Shown here: in pieces, positions 28,081-38,036 of the stretch | Layout: every line of letters starts with the position of its first letter | Position numbering within the stretch: the stretch's first letter is position 1 | IMG/VR virus record: IMGVR_UViG_3300037504_000149 | Source: a virus | Taxonomy: Duplodnaviria; Caudoviricetes | Length of the DNA: 64,000 bases | Reading direction: 5' to 3' (one strand) | Made by a program: the position numbers and the translations under genes | Notes under the pieces: model-generated | The model's database searches: none | What the model saw: the letters and a program-made list of their open reading frames with translations, nothing else | Told to the model about the DNA's origin: nothing

Positions 28081-31000
28081 ATGAAGCCGGGATATGAGTG
28101 TGAACACTGTAAACGATGTGGTTTAGCGTGTGAAGGTAATCGTAATAACTTTATGCCCATGACTCAGGGTAGTAATTCAAATTCTATTTTAGTAGTAGGA
28201 GAAGCTCCGGGAGCTAACGAGGATCGTATAGGACGACAGTTTGTCGGTAAATCCGGTGAAAAATTACGAGAAATACTAGATGTAGTATTGGATGGTGAGC
28301 ATTCATCTGGTAAAACTATGGATGATGTAGCCTTTACTAATGCTTGTAGATGTAGACCACCTAAGAATGCTACTCCTAGTTTAGTGCAGATAAATGCATG
28401 TAGACATTTCTTGTATCAGGATATACTAGAAGCAGATCCTATATTGTTAATAGCGGTAGGGACTGTTCCTGTAAAAGCCTTAATCAATAAGACAATTAAA
28501 ATTGGAAACACACATGGTACTATAGAACGGGTAAAAGTAACTGGTGTAGATTCAGATGGTGAAGATATAGTTCGTTACTACCCCTGCCTCATCACATACC
28601 ATCCCGCAGCTACTTTTTACAGTAAGCATATAACACCAGAGGATATTGGACGAGACATTATAGCTGGTGTTAATTTGATTAATGTTAAGCAGTCTGGTGT
28701 GGAAACTGATTATGTACTTGTAGACAACGAGCAAAAGCTGGCTAAGTGTAAAAAGGAAATGCTATCAGCCGAATGGATAGCTTTCGATATCGAAACAACA
28801 GGGTTGTCTCCTTTCTTAGATGATGACCCTCGTGTATTAGGAGTATCATTAAGCGTTGCAAAAAACAAAGCTTACTTCATACCTGTTGATCACGATGAGT
28901 CTCCGTGGAAGACTAAAGAGGAAGACTTATTAACAGGTGTAGTTAATAATAATGATTTTATTATAGGGGAGCTTAAGGATATACTTGAGAATGATATACC
29001 TAAAGTTGGTCATAATGTTAAATTTGATTGTATGTATTTAAAAACAGCATTAGATATAAACCCTACTAATGTAGAGTATGATACAATGCTGGCTTATTAT
29101 ATGTTAGATGAGCGTCATAGAGCTACATCACTGAAAGACTTAGCGGTACTTTATACTAATATACCTAATTATGAAGATCCGTTGTATATCTATTTTGATA
29201 AAGAATTAGATGGTAAGCGAGAATTTGGTAAAGTTCCATTAAATGAATTATATAAGTATGCTTGTGGTGATACAGATGCTACACTACAAGTTATGCATAA
29301 ACTAGATAAAGAATTTGAAAACCTTATAGATGATAAACCTTATACTATATTTAAGAATTTGATGATGCCAGCTTCAGATATGTTAGCTGATGTAGAATGT
29401 AATGGTATGCATACTGATTTTGCGTACTTACTTAATGTTCAGCGGCAGTTTGAAGATGCAGAAGATGAATTACGTCGTAGAATATATAAATTTGAAAGTG
29501 TACAGAAATGTGTATTAGAACATCATTCGGTATTTGCCAAGAATACGTTAAAAATTGCCAGGAATATATATGCTTTAGCTGGGCAAAAGTTTACATTACA
29601 TCAAATATATGATACACATAGTAGGATGTTTAATGTAAATAAAGGTACTGCGCCAGATAAAAAAGCTAAATATAAATGTTTACAGAATATATTAGGTATA
29701 AGTGATGAAACTATATCTATATATAAAAAGCAACGACGCGCAAAGTTAAAAGCTGCAAGAAATGAAGTTGCTTATACCGGGGAGGATATAGGTAGTACAG
29801 AGAAAGTAGTTATAACTAAAGAATATATTGATTTTATAGTTGATAACTATAAGGAAGAAGTTAAACTTGGATCATCTACAAAGAAAGCGGAAATTCTATT
29901 TGATTTTGAACGACTACCACCTGTAAGATTCACAGAAGCAGAAGCACGGAGTACGGATAAGAAAACTCTTGAGGAACTGGCTAATGTAGATTCCATGATG
30001 TTAAACGTACTTGAGTATGAAAAATATATAGACGAAGGGATTCTTGATGATGGTGAAGAAATTCGTGGGAGTAAACTAGCATTAATTTTCCTTATCTATA
30101 GTATTGTATTATCTGCTTTAAGTAAGTCATTGCGGACATTACCGAAATTTATAGATGAAGAGGAGAGAGTACATTCTACATTTAATTTAGCGTTTACAGT
30201 TACAGGACGACTATCTTCCTCTAATCCTAACTTACAGAACATTGCTTCTGATAAGAGAGTTAAAAATATATTTTGCGTTCCTGAAGGTTACCAATTGTTA
30301 CAAGCTGACCTTTCGCAGGCTGAGTTGCGTGTACTCGCAGTAACTACTATGGACAAAAATCTTATTGAATTGTATAAACGGGGGGATGATATCCACAGTA
30401 CTGTAGCTTCAGCTATTTTTAATAAGCCACCTCATGAAATTACGAAAGATGAGCGTCGTCGAGCAAAGACACTTAACTTCGGTATGATCTACGGTATGAT
30501 GGAATCAACATACGCTACACGTGCTGGTATATCAATCGATGAAGCGCGTGAAATGTATAATAGATTCTATGGACAGTTTCCAGGTGTTAGTAAATGGCAT
30601 AAGTATGTTGTGTCTAAAGCACAGGATGAAGGTATAGTACGTTCTGTAGTAGGGAGAATAAGACATACATTCGAATCCACACAAGCTATGAATATGCCTA
30701 TTCAGTCTACTGCCAGTGATTTATTTCTCCTTAGCGTTAATGAATTACATCAGTTTATACATAACGAGTGGAAGCATAGTGGAGTGAAGATTGTCAACTT
30801 AGTACACGATGCTGTGTATTTAGAAGTACCTAATCATCTAGTTAAGGAAGCAGCTATTGTAACTAATAAATTTATGGAAACTCCTATGATTCAGTCTATT
30901 GTAGATTCTGGCGTACCAATTGTATCTGACTTAGAATTAGGTGAACGTTGGGGAAGTCTAAAACCACTATGGATAGTTGACCAGGATTCTGATCTATGGA

Positions 31001-31083
31001 ACAATGGAGAGGACACTTATATAAATAACGTAAGGCTAACGGAACATGAAGAGGAAGGATCACTGTACGTAACTACTAAGTAA
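28081..31083 (+). CDS. polA: Family A DNA polymerase with N-terminal family-4 uracil-DNA glycosylase domain and 3'-5' exonuclease (SPO1-like architecture)
   Basis: UDG: VGEAPG.NED...FVG.SG, CRPP.N, YHPA. Exonuclease: DIETTG, HNVKFD, YA..D. Polymerase: TGRLSS.NPNLQN, DLSQAELR, R..AK..NFG..YG, VHD. Confidence 0.93.
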   Translation: MKPGYECEHCKRCGLACEGNRNNFMPMTQGSNSNSILVVGEAPGANEDRIGRQFVGKSGEKLREILDVVLDGEHSSGKTMDDVAFTNACRCRPPKNATPSLVQINACRHFLYQDILEADPILLIAVGTVPVKALINKTIKIGNTHGTIERVKVTGVDSDGEDIVRYYPCLITYHPAATFYSKHITPEDIGRDIIAGVNLINVKQSGVETDYVLVDNEQKLAKCKKEMLSAEWIAFDIETTGLSPFLDDDPRVLGVSLSVAKNKAYFIPVDHDESPWKTKEEDLLTGVVNNNDFIIGELKDILENDIPKVGHNVKFDCMYLKTALDINPTNVEYDTMLAYYMLDERHRATSLKDLAVLYTNIPNYEDPLYIYFDKELDGKREFGKVPLNELYKYACGDTDATLQVMHKLDKEFENLIDDKPYTIFKNLMMPASDMLADVECNGMHTDFAYLLNVQRQFEDAEDELRRRIYKFESVQKCVLEHHSVFAKNTLKIARNIYALAGQKFTLHQIYDTHSRMFNVNKGTAPDKKAKYKCLQNILGISDETISIYKKQRRAKLKAARNEVAYTGEDIGSTEKVVITKEYIDFIVDNYKEEVKLGSSTKKAEILFDFERLPPVRFTEAEARSTDKKTLEELANVDSMMLNVLEYEKYIDEGILDDGEEIRGSKLALIFLIYSIVLSALSKSLRTLPKFIDEEERVHSTFNLAFTVTGRLSSSNPNLQNIASDKRVKNIFCVPEGYQLLQADLSQAELRVLAVTTMDKNLIELYKRGDDIHSTVASAIFNKPPHEITKDERRRAKTLNFGMIYGMMESTYATRAGISIDEAREMYNRFYGQFPGVSKWHKYVVSKAQDEGIVRSVVGRIRHTFESTQAMNMPIQSTASDLFLLSVNELHQFIHNEWKHSGVKIVNLVHDAVYLEVPNHLVKEAAIVTNKFMETPMIQSIVDSGVPIVSDLELGERWGSLKPLWIVDQDSDLWNNGEDTYINNVRLTEHEEEGSLYVTTK

Positions 31084-31097
31084 TAAAAGAGGGAAAT

Positions 31098-31565
31098 ATG
31101 TTAGATATCACTAAAGAGAGTATTATAACGGAAGAAGTCTCTGTTGATTATTTTGGTGAAATCATAGAGATGATTGGGAAAACTAAACATCCTGATTGGA
31201 CAATAGACAGGACTAATGTTATAGAAGATATGTTAGACATGCCTAGAGTTATTCAAAAATGGGGAGCTATCTCAGCCCATGCAGATTATGCATATAGTTT
31301 AGCTAAACACTCATTAGAGATAGTAGAAAAATCATTGTTTAGTATTGTGGAGCAAGATTTTAAAGATAAAGGGAAGAAGGTGCTTAAGAAGAGCATTGAA
31401 GGCGCTGTTCTAGAATCAGAAGAGTATCAAGATGCACTGATAGAAAAGTACCGTGCAGAACGACGAGCAGCGCTAGCTAAGGCGTGTTTAAGTGCTGTAT
31501 ATAATAAGCGCGATGTGTTGAAAGAGCTGGCTACACGAGAAAGATACGAAAATAGTGTGCAATAA
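31098..31565 (+). CDS. UvsY-like recombination mediator (helical)
   Basis: Size, helical pattern (IEGAVL.SEEYQ...KRDVL) and position between polymerase and SSB. Confidence 0.45.
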   Translation: MLDITKESIITEEVSVDYFGEIIEMIGKTKHPDWTIDRTNVIEDMLDMPRVIQKWGAISAHADYAYSLAKHSLEIVEKSLFSIVEQDFKDKGKKVLKKSIEGAVLESEEYQDALIEKYRAERRAALAKACLSAVYNKRDVLKELATRERYENSVQ

Positions 31566-31566
31566 T

Positions 31567-31595
31567 TTGAAATTACCGAAGACTTACGCTATACT
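31567..31595 (+). promoter_or_regulatory. Sigma70-type promoter TTGAAA-N17-TATACT
   Basis: ttgaaa ttaccgaagacttacgc tatact, upstream of the SSB gene. Confidence 0.75.
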
Positions 31596-31650
31596 ATAAG
31601 CGTCTGAACTTCCTAAACCGGCCATGAGGCCAAAGCCCAAGGAGAAGTAA

Positions 31651-32838
31651 ATGGACATACAAGAAGATACACGTAGTAAGCTGCTGAGTCGGCTGAATAA
31701 CAGTAAGGGGATGTACGACTCTCAGAGGTCATTTGAGACAGCGAAAGTTCCTTACGACGGAAAAGATCACTACTATGTGATTCTGCCTATGGTAAATGGG
31801 GACATAGGTATACAAGCTAACTTCCACTTCAATTTCCACTATCTTAACGCTAAGAGTAAAAAGGTTTCTATACCCTGTCCTCGCGGCACTAGGCTACACC
31901 TTCCCGATGACACGAGCATGGGTAAGTGTCCTATTTGTGAAGAGTTTTTCAATCTTAAAGATAAGGCAGATCACACTGCTAATCAACAAGAGCGAGAAGC
32001 TATACTAGATAGTGCAGACTATTATCGATCTTCTAACGCTTTCAATTGTTACGCGATCGAGATAGATCCACGTAACCCAGACAGAGAATACAATGTTAGT
32101 GAAGTTGTTATACTTCGACTACCTTATAGTCACTTTTCTGTTCTGCAAAACGGATTGATTAAGTCTCCTGAAGAGCTATTTAGTAGTACTATATTAAAAG
32201 CTCTCGAAGCGGATGGTATTGCATTAGATGTACCTTTGGCGTTGTATTTAGATAATAATACACCAAAGGAAGATAGGAGATACTTCCTGTTTAAGTCTAA
32301 CCGTCCTGAAAAGATGAAGTATGGTAACGGTGGATGGGATCCATCTTACGTTGAAGCCAAGTATATCCCTGAAGAGATTTTAGACTCTTTACGTCCTTTA
32401 GCTGATTGGTACTTAAACTTCCATAAGTTGCCTGATTCGGATGACCCAAAAGATATCTTCGACGAGAAGTTAGTACAGAGATCGTTGTATGCTTATCAGT
32501 TGGAGGAAGCAGGTGAAGGAAGTTGGGAAACTTGTTATGATCTAGCTCTAGAATTAGTTAATGATTCTAAAACTGCAAAGACGTTGAGTAGTGTTGTGTC
32601 AAAGGCTGCGTCTGCGGTAGACACATCTGACAAGTCCGATTCTACAAGCTCTGCTACGGAATCTTCGGATACTGAAAGTGAAGATGTTACTGAAGTTGAT
32701 GTGACAGATTCTGAAGATGAGGATACTGAGTCGAAGATTGTAAAACAAGTTAAGGAAGAAGACAGTAGTTCTAAGAAAGTTTCTACGTTATTGCAACGTT
32801 TACACGAAAAGAACGAAGAAAAGAAAGCTAAGATATAG
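31651..32838 (+). CDS. Single-stranded DNA-binding protein (gp32-like)
   Basis: ILP, H...CP...CPICE Zn site, long acidic C-terminal region; has its own promoter and a downstream hairpin. Confidence 0.7.
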   Translation: MDIQEDTRSKLLSRLNNSKGMYDSQRSFETAKVPYDGKDHYYVILPMVNGDIGIQANFHFNFHYLNAKSKKVSIPCPRGTRLHLPDDTSMGKCPICEEFFNLKDKADHTANQQEREAILDSADYYRSSNAFNCYAIEIDPRNPDREYNVSEVVILRLPYSHFSVLQNGLIKSPEELFSSTILKALEADGIALDVPLALYLDNNTPKEDRRYFLFKSNRPEKMKYGNGGWDPSYVEAKYIPEEILDSLRPLADWYLNFHKLPDSDDPKDIFDEKLVQRSLYAYQLEEAGEGSWETCYDLALELVNDSKTAKTLSSVVSKAASAVDTSDKSDSTSSATESSDTESEDVTEVDVTDSEDEDTESKIVKQVKEEDSSSKKVSTLLQRLHEKNEEKKAKI

Positions 32839-32845
32839 CTTTGAT

Positions 32846-32871
32846 GGGTGGGGTAGATATCTACCTCACCC
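32846..32871 (+). terminator. Hairpin after the SSB gene
   Basis: gggtggggtag-atat-ctacctcaccc; no clear U-tract. Confidence 0.55.
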
Positions 32872-32891
32872 CAACCTTAAAGGAAAGAATA

Positions 32892-33128
32892 ATGGCTGAT
32901 TACACGGAAGTTAAAATACGTCTTGGTGGACAATATATAGCTGATATGCCTTTCGGCAGTGAATTTGAAAAAATTAAACCAGAGGCACATGTAGAAGTTG
33001 TTTATGATGGTGAACCTTCTGAAGAAAATATACGTGACCTGAGAGAAAGATTATCTATACTACTAGAACAATCAACTTCAGCTCTATTAGAGAGTTATGC
33101 TGATTTCAAAGATTGCTTGGATGAGTAG
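32892..33128 (+). CDS. Hypothetical protein (start MADYTEVK at 32892)
   Basis: The ORF-track start lies in the hairpin; AAGGA RBS precedes 32892. Confidence 0.65.
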   Translation: MADYTEVKIRLGGQYIADMPFGSEFEKIKPEAHVEVVYDGEPSEENIRDLRERLSILLEQSTSALLESYADFKDCLDE

Positions 33129-33140
33129 GAAGTTTGTTGC

Positions 33141-34166
33141 ATGGATATATTGTTCTTTACAGATACGCACATAAAAAATTCTAGTGTTGGCGGTTACACT
33201 AACTTTAAGAAGATGTTTCTTCATTTACTTAAAGTTTGTGATGACCACAATGTAGAGTTTGTGGTGTTTGGTGGAGACTTGTTTGATGCACGAGGCAATA
33301 TACCTTATGAAGCTTTCAACTTGGCAATGTGGTTCATAAAAGAATTAGTTAATAGAAATATTAAAATCTTTGCTACGGTAGGGAATCATGATCGTTTAGG
33401 TAATTACAAAACGTATACTACACATGCAATGGAAGCATTCGAGTGTGCGTTTCCAGACAACTTTAAATGTTTTAAAGAACCAATCTATATATTTAATCGA
33501 GACACTTGTACTAATGTTATTGATGGTGAAACAGATATCTCTGTTATAGAAACTGATGATAGTGATGATTTATATTCTATAGCTATGTTGCATCATGATG
33601 TACAAGGATATGATTTTGGTGGATACATTTGTGAGGATGGACTGGACCTCGAACACTTCAAAGATATTTGTGATTTAGTTTGTGTAGGGCATTACCACAA
33701 TGCAAGCAGTAAAGGTAAAGTAAGATATTTAGGATCGTTACACCATATGACACGTAATGATGCTAATACTACAAAGTATTATTATATTTTCAACACACAA
33801 ACTAGAGAGTTTATAGCACATGAAATGCCTCAATTCCACCCAACATATATAACTGTGTCTATAGATAATATTGATAGTTTCGAACTTGATAACATAGGAA
33901 ATAGTATTGTTTGTTTTGAATCTAACGAAGAAGTTTCACAAGAGCATATTGTAGAGCTTATAGAAGCTGTTAAAGATTCTGGAGCCATTAGCGCTGAATT
34001 TAAATTATCTAGTGTTACACGCAGTGCTGTAGTAGAATTAAGTACAGGTGATGATATAGACACTGTAGATGAAGCTTTAGGTGTTTTAGAAGAGTGGTTG
34101 ACCAAAAAAGATTATGATACAGATAAAATATTACAAACTAAGAAATTGGTAAAGGAGATAGTATAA
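33141..34166 (+). CDS. SbcD/Mre11-like nuclease
   Basis: DTH, GGDLFD, GNHD, HH, GHYH, YLGS. Confidence 0.88.
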   Translation: MDILFFTDTHIKNSSVGGYTNFKKMFLHLLKVCDDHNVEFVVFGGDLFDARGNIPYEAFNLAMWFIKELVNRNIKIFATVGNHDRLGNYKTYTTHAMEAFECAFPDNFKCFKEPIYIFNRDTCTNVIDGETDISVIETDDSDDLYSIAMLHHDVQGYDFGGYICEDGLDLEHFKDICDLVCVGHYHNASSKGKVRYLGSLHHMTRNDANTTKYYYIFNTQTREFIAHEMPQFHPTYITVSIDNIDSFELDNIGNSIVCFESNEEVSQEHIVELIEAVKDSGAISAEFKLSSVTRSAVVELSTGDDIDTVDEALGVLEEWLTKKDYDTDKILQTKKLVKEIV

Positions 34167-34775
34167 ATGCTAGCAGATACGGCAGCACACATATATTTTG
34201 TAGCTTCGGCTATGGATGAGTTGGTACATAATAATTATAGTATATATGCTGCTACAGATGTACTGTTTGGTCCAGGAATACCTAAAGTTGCTGAGGGTTC
34301 ATATGATGTATTATACACTGATCCTACAGCATTTTATGGTATTTATCCATCTGGAAGTTTAGATTTAGATGACTTTGTAGGACGTATAGATGCTGATATT
34401 GACGGCGATAAACTGGACTTTGTACCATTAAATTCTATTGCAGGTTACGAGAAGACATCTTTACCACTATTTAGAGTAGGAATACAAGAAGGTTTTAAAC
34501 GTATTGCAATGTATACTGTAACATATGACACAGACTTAGCCGATGTTGAATTACTGAGTGCTGGTGTTTGTGGAAAGTGGTTTTCAGGTACAGCTAATTT
34601 GCCAAATATATTACATTATACAACAGCACAGTTTAAATCATATCTGAAAGATAGCTTGAGCTATATGTATATAACTAAGGATAGTCTATTTTTACATATT
34701 ACTGATGGTAATATACATAGCTTTACTGAGTTACTTCCTACTAACTATATTTTTGAATACGATGATAAAGATTAA
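34167..34775 (+). CDS. Hypothetical protein between SbcD and SbcC
   Basis: AAGGAG RBS; 202 aa. Confidence 0.7.
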   Translation: MLADTAAHIYFVASAMDELVHNNYSIYAATDVLFGPGIPKVAEGSYDVLYTDPTAFYGIYPSGSLDLDDFVGRIDADIDGDKLDFVPLNSIAGYEKTSLPLFRVGIQEGFKRIAMYTVTYDTDLADVELLSAGVCGKWFSGTANLPNILHYTTAQFKSYLKDSLSYMYITKDSLFLHITDGNIHSFTELLPTNYIFEYDDKD

Positions 34776-36510
34776 GTATATAAAAGCTAAGAACTTTATG
34801 AGTTTTGGTAACTTGGATTTAAATATCGAAGAGTTGCCTAACGGGGTATGTGTAGTTACGGGAAGAAATGATGATACATCTGATTCTGATAGTAATGGAG
34901 CAGGTAAATCTACTCTCTTTGAAGTAATTAGTTGGACAATATATGGTAGAACACATAAAGGTGTAGGTAAGGATAGTATAATTAAAGATGGTACATCTGA
35001 GACATATGGTGAAGTTTGTTTAGAAGTAGGTTCTACTACTGTTAAGGTTATTCGTCATAAGAAATTTAATAAGGCAGAAAAATTAGAAGTGTTTATTGAT
35101 GATGAAGAAATATGTAATACTGAAAGATTACGTCAAACTCAGCATAGACTAGATGAGATACTTAATATATCGTATGAGAAATTTGTAAATATAGTATATT
35201 TATCTTCATCAACCTATGGTAGTTTTGGTAATTCAACTGATAAAGATAAGAAGGATATACTACAACAATTTGTACCTACTATCTTCAATACTATTTATAC
35301 TAAAACTAGTGCAGTTTACTCTGAAGTTTCTAATGAACTAAGAAGATTAGAGACTGGCAAAGATTATCTAGATAAATCTATCCGTGAAGCAAAGACTAAT
35401 TTAAATAATAAAAACGAGGAATTAGTTAAGGTTACTGATGGAATAGAGGAATTAAGTATTCCAAATGAGGTTAAAGTAGATAGTGATGATTTATTACAGA
35501 GAATAACACATTACACTTCTGTTATAGATAATGTCGAATCAGCTAAAAGAAGACTTAAGGTATTTACAACTGAACTTGATGAACTTGAAAAGAAAATATT
35601 AGAAATAAGTAATAGACCAGCAGATGTTTGTTATGTGTGTGGTCAAGAATGGAAAGATGCTGAGAAGCATAACTTTGCTGAATTAGAAAAACTTACTGTT
35701 AAATATACTGCATTAGAAGATAAGATAGATAAATTTAAAGATGATAATAATGATAATCTAGAAAAGAATATCGAAGATTTGAAGAGAAAAAGAAGAGATC
35801 TTCAAACAGAATTAAAGAAGTATAATGCAAGTAATAAGAAAAGAGAAGAAGCTTTAAAGACAAAACATAAACTTGAAGGTAATAGGGAAAGTTTAGCTAA
35901 AACTATTGAAGAGTTACAATCTAATATTGTAAAATATGAAGAAGAACTATCTACTATTACACAAGAGTTACAAGATACTGAAAGTAAATTAGAAGTATTA
36001 GACATAATCAAGGCTGCGTTTTCCAGGAATGGGATACCTGCCGCAGTATTAGATAGTATTCTAGAAGAAATTCAAAATAGAATAAATTATTATTTGGAAC
36101 AATTATATAACAATGCATTATCTGTTACTATAAATTCTACTAGAGAATTGAAGAGTGGCGATAGTAAAGAAGAAATAGAGTTTATAATAAGGTCACCTAA
36201 AGGTATACGTGATTATAAAACATTATCTGGCGGAGAAAAGCGTAGAATTGACGTAGCATTTATATTAGCCTTACGTGAAGCGTATTTGACTAAAAAAGAT
36301 TTAGCCTTTAACATATTAGTGTTAGATGAGATATTTGATGCGTTAGATGTTACGGGAGGAAAACGTATACTAGATGTATTAAGTAATGCCTTAAAAGTAG
36401 ATCATGTATTTGTTATAGCACCTACAGATGAATATAAGCTATTGATAGACAATAATATTTGCGTTACTAAATCAAATGGCAATTCAGTATTAGAAACAGG
36501 AGATATTTAA
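34762..36510 (+). CDS. SbcC/Rad50-like ATPase (start ATG 34762)
   Basis: KNFMSF, NGAGKST, coiled coil with CYVC zinc hook, LSGGE, LDEIFD.LD. Confidence 0.9.
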   Translation: MIKIKYIKAKNFMSFGNLDLNIEELPNGVCVVTGRNDDTSDSDSNGAGKSTLFEVISWTIYGRTHKGVGKDSIIKDGTSETYGEVCLEVGSTTVKVIRHKKFNKAEKLEVFIDDEEICNTERLRQTQHRLDEILNISYEKFVNIVYLSSSTYGSFGNSTDKDKKDILQQFVPTIFNTIYTKTSAVYSEVSNELRRLETGKDYLDKSIREAKTNLNNKNEELVKVTDGIEELSIPNEVKVDSDDLLQRITHYTSVIDNVESAKRRLKVFTTELDELEKKILEISNRPADVCYVCGQEWKDAEKHNFAELEKLTVKYTALEDKIDKFKDDNNDNLEKNIEDLKRKRRDLQTELKKYNASNKKREEALKTKHKLEGNRESLAKTIEELQSNIVKYEEELSTITQELQDTESKLEVLDIIKAAFSRNGIPAAVLDSILEEIQNRINYYLEQLYNNALSVTINSTRELKSGDSKEEIEFIIRSPKGIRDYKTLSGGEKRRIDVAFILALREAYLTKKDLAFNILVLDEIFDALDVTGGKRILDVLSNALKVDHVFVIAPTDEYKLLIDNNICVTKSNGNSVLETGDI

Positions 36511-37562
36511 TGCCTAGTGAAAAAGTAGAGAAACTGTTAAAGAAACTTAATAACGATAAAAATATATCTAATATATTAGACGGTAATAAATTAGGAACCG
36601 TTAAAGATTATGTACCTCCTCGTAAGAACGTTATCTCTACTGGGTCATTAGTGTTTGATTACAGCGTACTGAATATAGGCGGGATACCAAAAGGGTGTAT
36701 CACAGAGTTGTTCGGACCAGAAGGTGCAGGGAAAACAACTATGGCTATGTTGCTAGTAGCTGAGGCTCAACGTAATGGTATACCTTGTATGTATTTAGAT
36801 ACTGAATGTAGTGTTGACCTATCTTATTCTGAGAAACTAGGTGTAGATATTGATGACCTTATATACCGAAAGCCTGAGACTGCTGAACGAGCACTAGATC
36901 TTATTTATCACGCATCTAAACTAGGTGGTGTTGGACTTATAGTTCTCGATACAATAGCGTCTATGATACCTACAGCGTCTTTAGAAGCTAGTGCAGATGA
37001 TGTGCAGGTAGCACTTATTGCTCGTTTATTGAGCGCTAACTTACCTAAGATTAGAACAGCTTTAAATAAAAATGATGTAGCATTATTGTGTGTAAATCAG
37101 GTAAGAGAAAAAATTGGAGGGTATTCTTCCTATGCCGCTACAACAACACCTGGTGGACGGGCTATGCGGCATTATACAGATTTACGCGTGGAAATAAGTA
37201 GGTCTGATCTAGAAAAAGATGGAGGTAATATAATTGGACAGGTCATTAGAATGAGTTTAAAAAAGACTCGATTCGGATCTCCTTATAAGAAAGGCACTGC
37301 TAAGTTAATTTATGGGGAAGGGTTTTCAGTTGGTGATGAGATTATAGAAGTTGCAGAGATGTGTGGTATTATTGAACGGAAAGGCGCTCATTATTATTAT
37401 AATGGTCAGAGACTAGGTATGGGTAAGTTAAAATCTACTAAATATATGAAAGAACATGGTATATTTGAAGAGATAAAAGAGGCCGTAGAAACAACACTCT
37501 TACCTGATAACGATGAAACCGAAGAAGGTATCGTTATCAAAAACACTGAGGATGAAGAATGA
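36510..37562 (+). CDS. recA: RecA recombinase
   Basis: ISTGSL..D...GG.PKG.I.E.FGPEGAGKTT, NQVREKIG, TTPGGRA. Confidence 0.95.
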   Translation: MPSEKVEKLLKKLNNDKNISNILDGNKLGTVKDYVPPRKNVISTGSLVFDYSVLNIGGIPKGCITELFGPEGAGKTTMAMLLVAEAQRNGIPCMYLDTECSVDLSYSEKLGVDIDDLIYRKPETAERALDLIYHASKLGGVGLIVLDTIASMIPTASLEASADDVQVALIARLLSANLPKIRTALNKNDVALLCVNQVREKIGGYSSYAATTTPGGRAMRHYTDLRVEISRSDLEKDGGNIIGQVIRMSLKKTRFGSPYKKGTAKLIYGEGFSVGDEIIEVAEMCGIIERKGAHYYYNGQRLGMGKLKSTKYMKEHGIFEEIKEAVETTLLPDNDETEEGIVIKNTEDEE

Positions 37563-38035
37563 CGTACAAGCCCCAGCAGATAGTCGAAGATCTGAAGTCT
37601 TTTGTAGCTCGTTACCTTTACAGTGGTGACTTGAAACTGCAAGCTATAGATTATGTAACTCCAAGTGCTTTTAAACAGAGATTTATATTTCACTGGGATG
37701 ATCCTAAAGGTACTATGACGTGCAGTGCATACTTACCTACACACATAAATATTACAAAGGATTCTAACCCATGTGATTTACTGGAGTTGTATAGCAGATC
37801 TGCATTATCGCTTGGGATATTGCCGAAGATGATAAGTATACACTCTTTAGGGGGCAAGTTCAAAGATAAGTTTAGGTATCGTGCTAAGATAAAAGTAGCT
37901 GTATGTAAAGAAGATGTTGAAGCTAAGTATACAGTACCTTATAATTCTATCTGTACACTAGACGCAATAGCACGTAAACCTTGGTACGAGCTTACTGATA
38001 TAGATTTAGTTAAATTATACAGAGGGAGTACGTAG
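37559..38035 (+). CDS. Hypothetical protein
   Basis: ATGA-coupled to recA. Confidence 0.65.
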   Translation: MTYKPQQIVEDLKSFVARYLYSGDLKLQAIDYVTPSAFKQRFIFHWDDPKGTMTCSAYLPTHINITKDSNPCDLLELYSRSALSLGILPKMISIHSLGGKFKDKFRYRAKIKVAVCKEDVEAKYTVPYNSICTLDAIARKPWYELTDIDLVKLYRGST

Positions 38036-38036
38036 A

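Noticed and set aside
28081-31083. Intein or intron in the polymerase (RNR, terminase and helicase also inspected)
   Set aside because: No C/S...HN splice motifs, LAGLIDADG/HNH domains or frame interruptions were seen.
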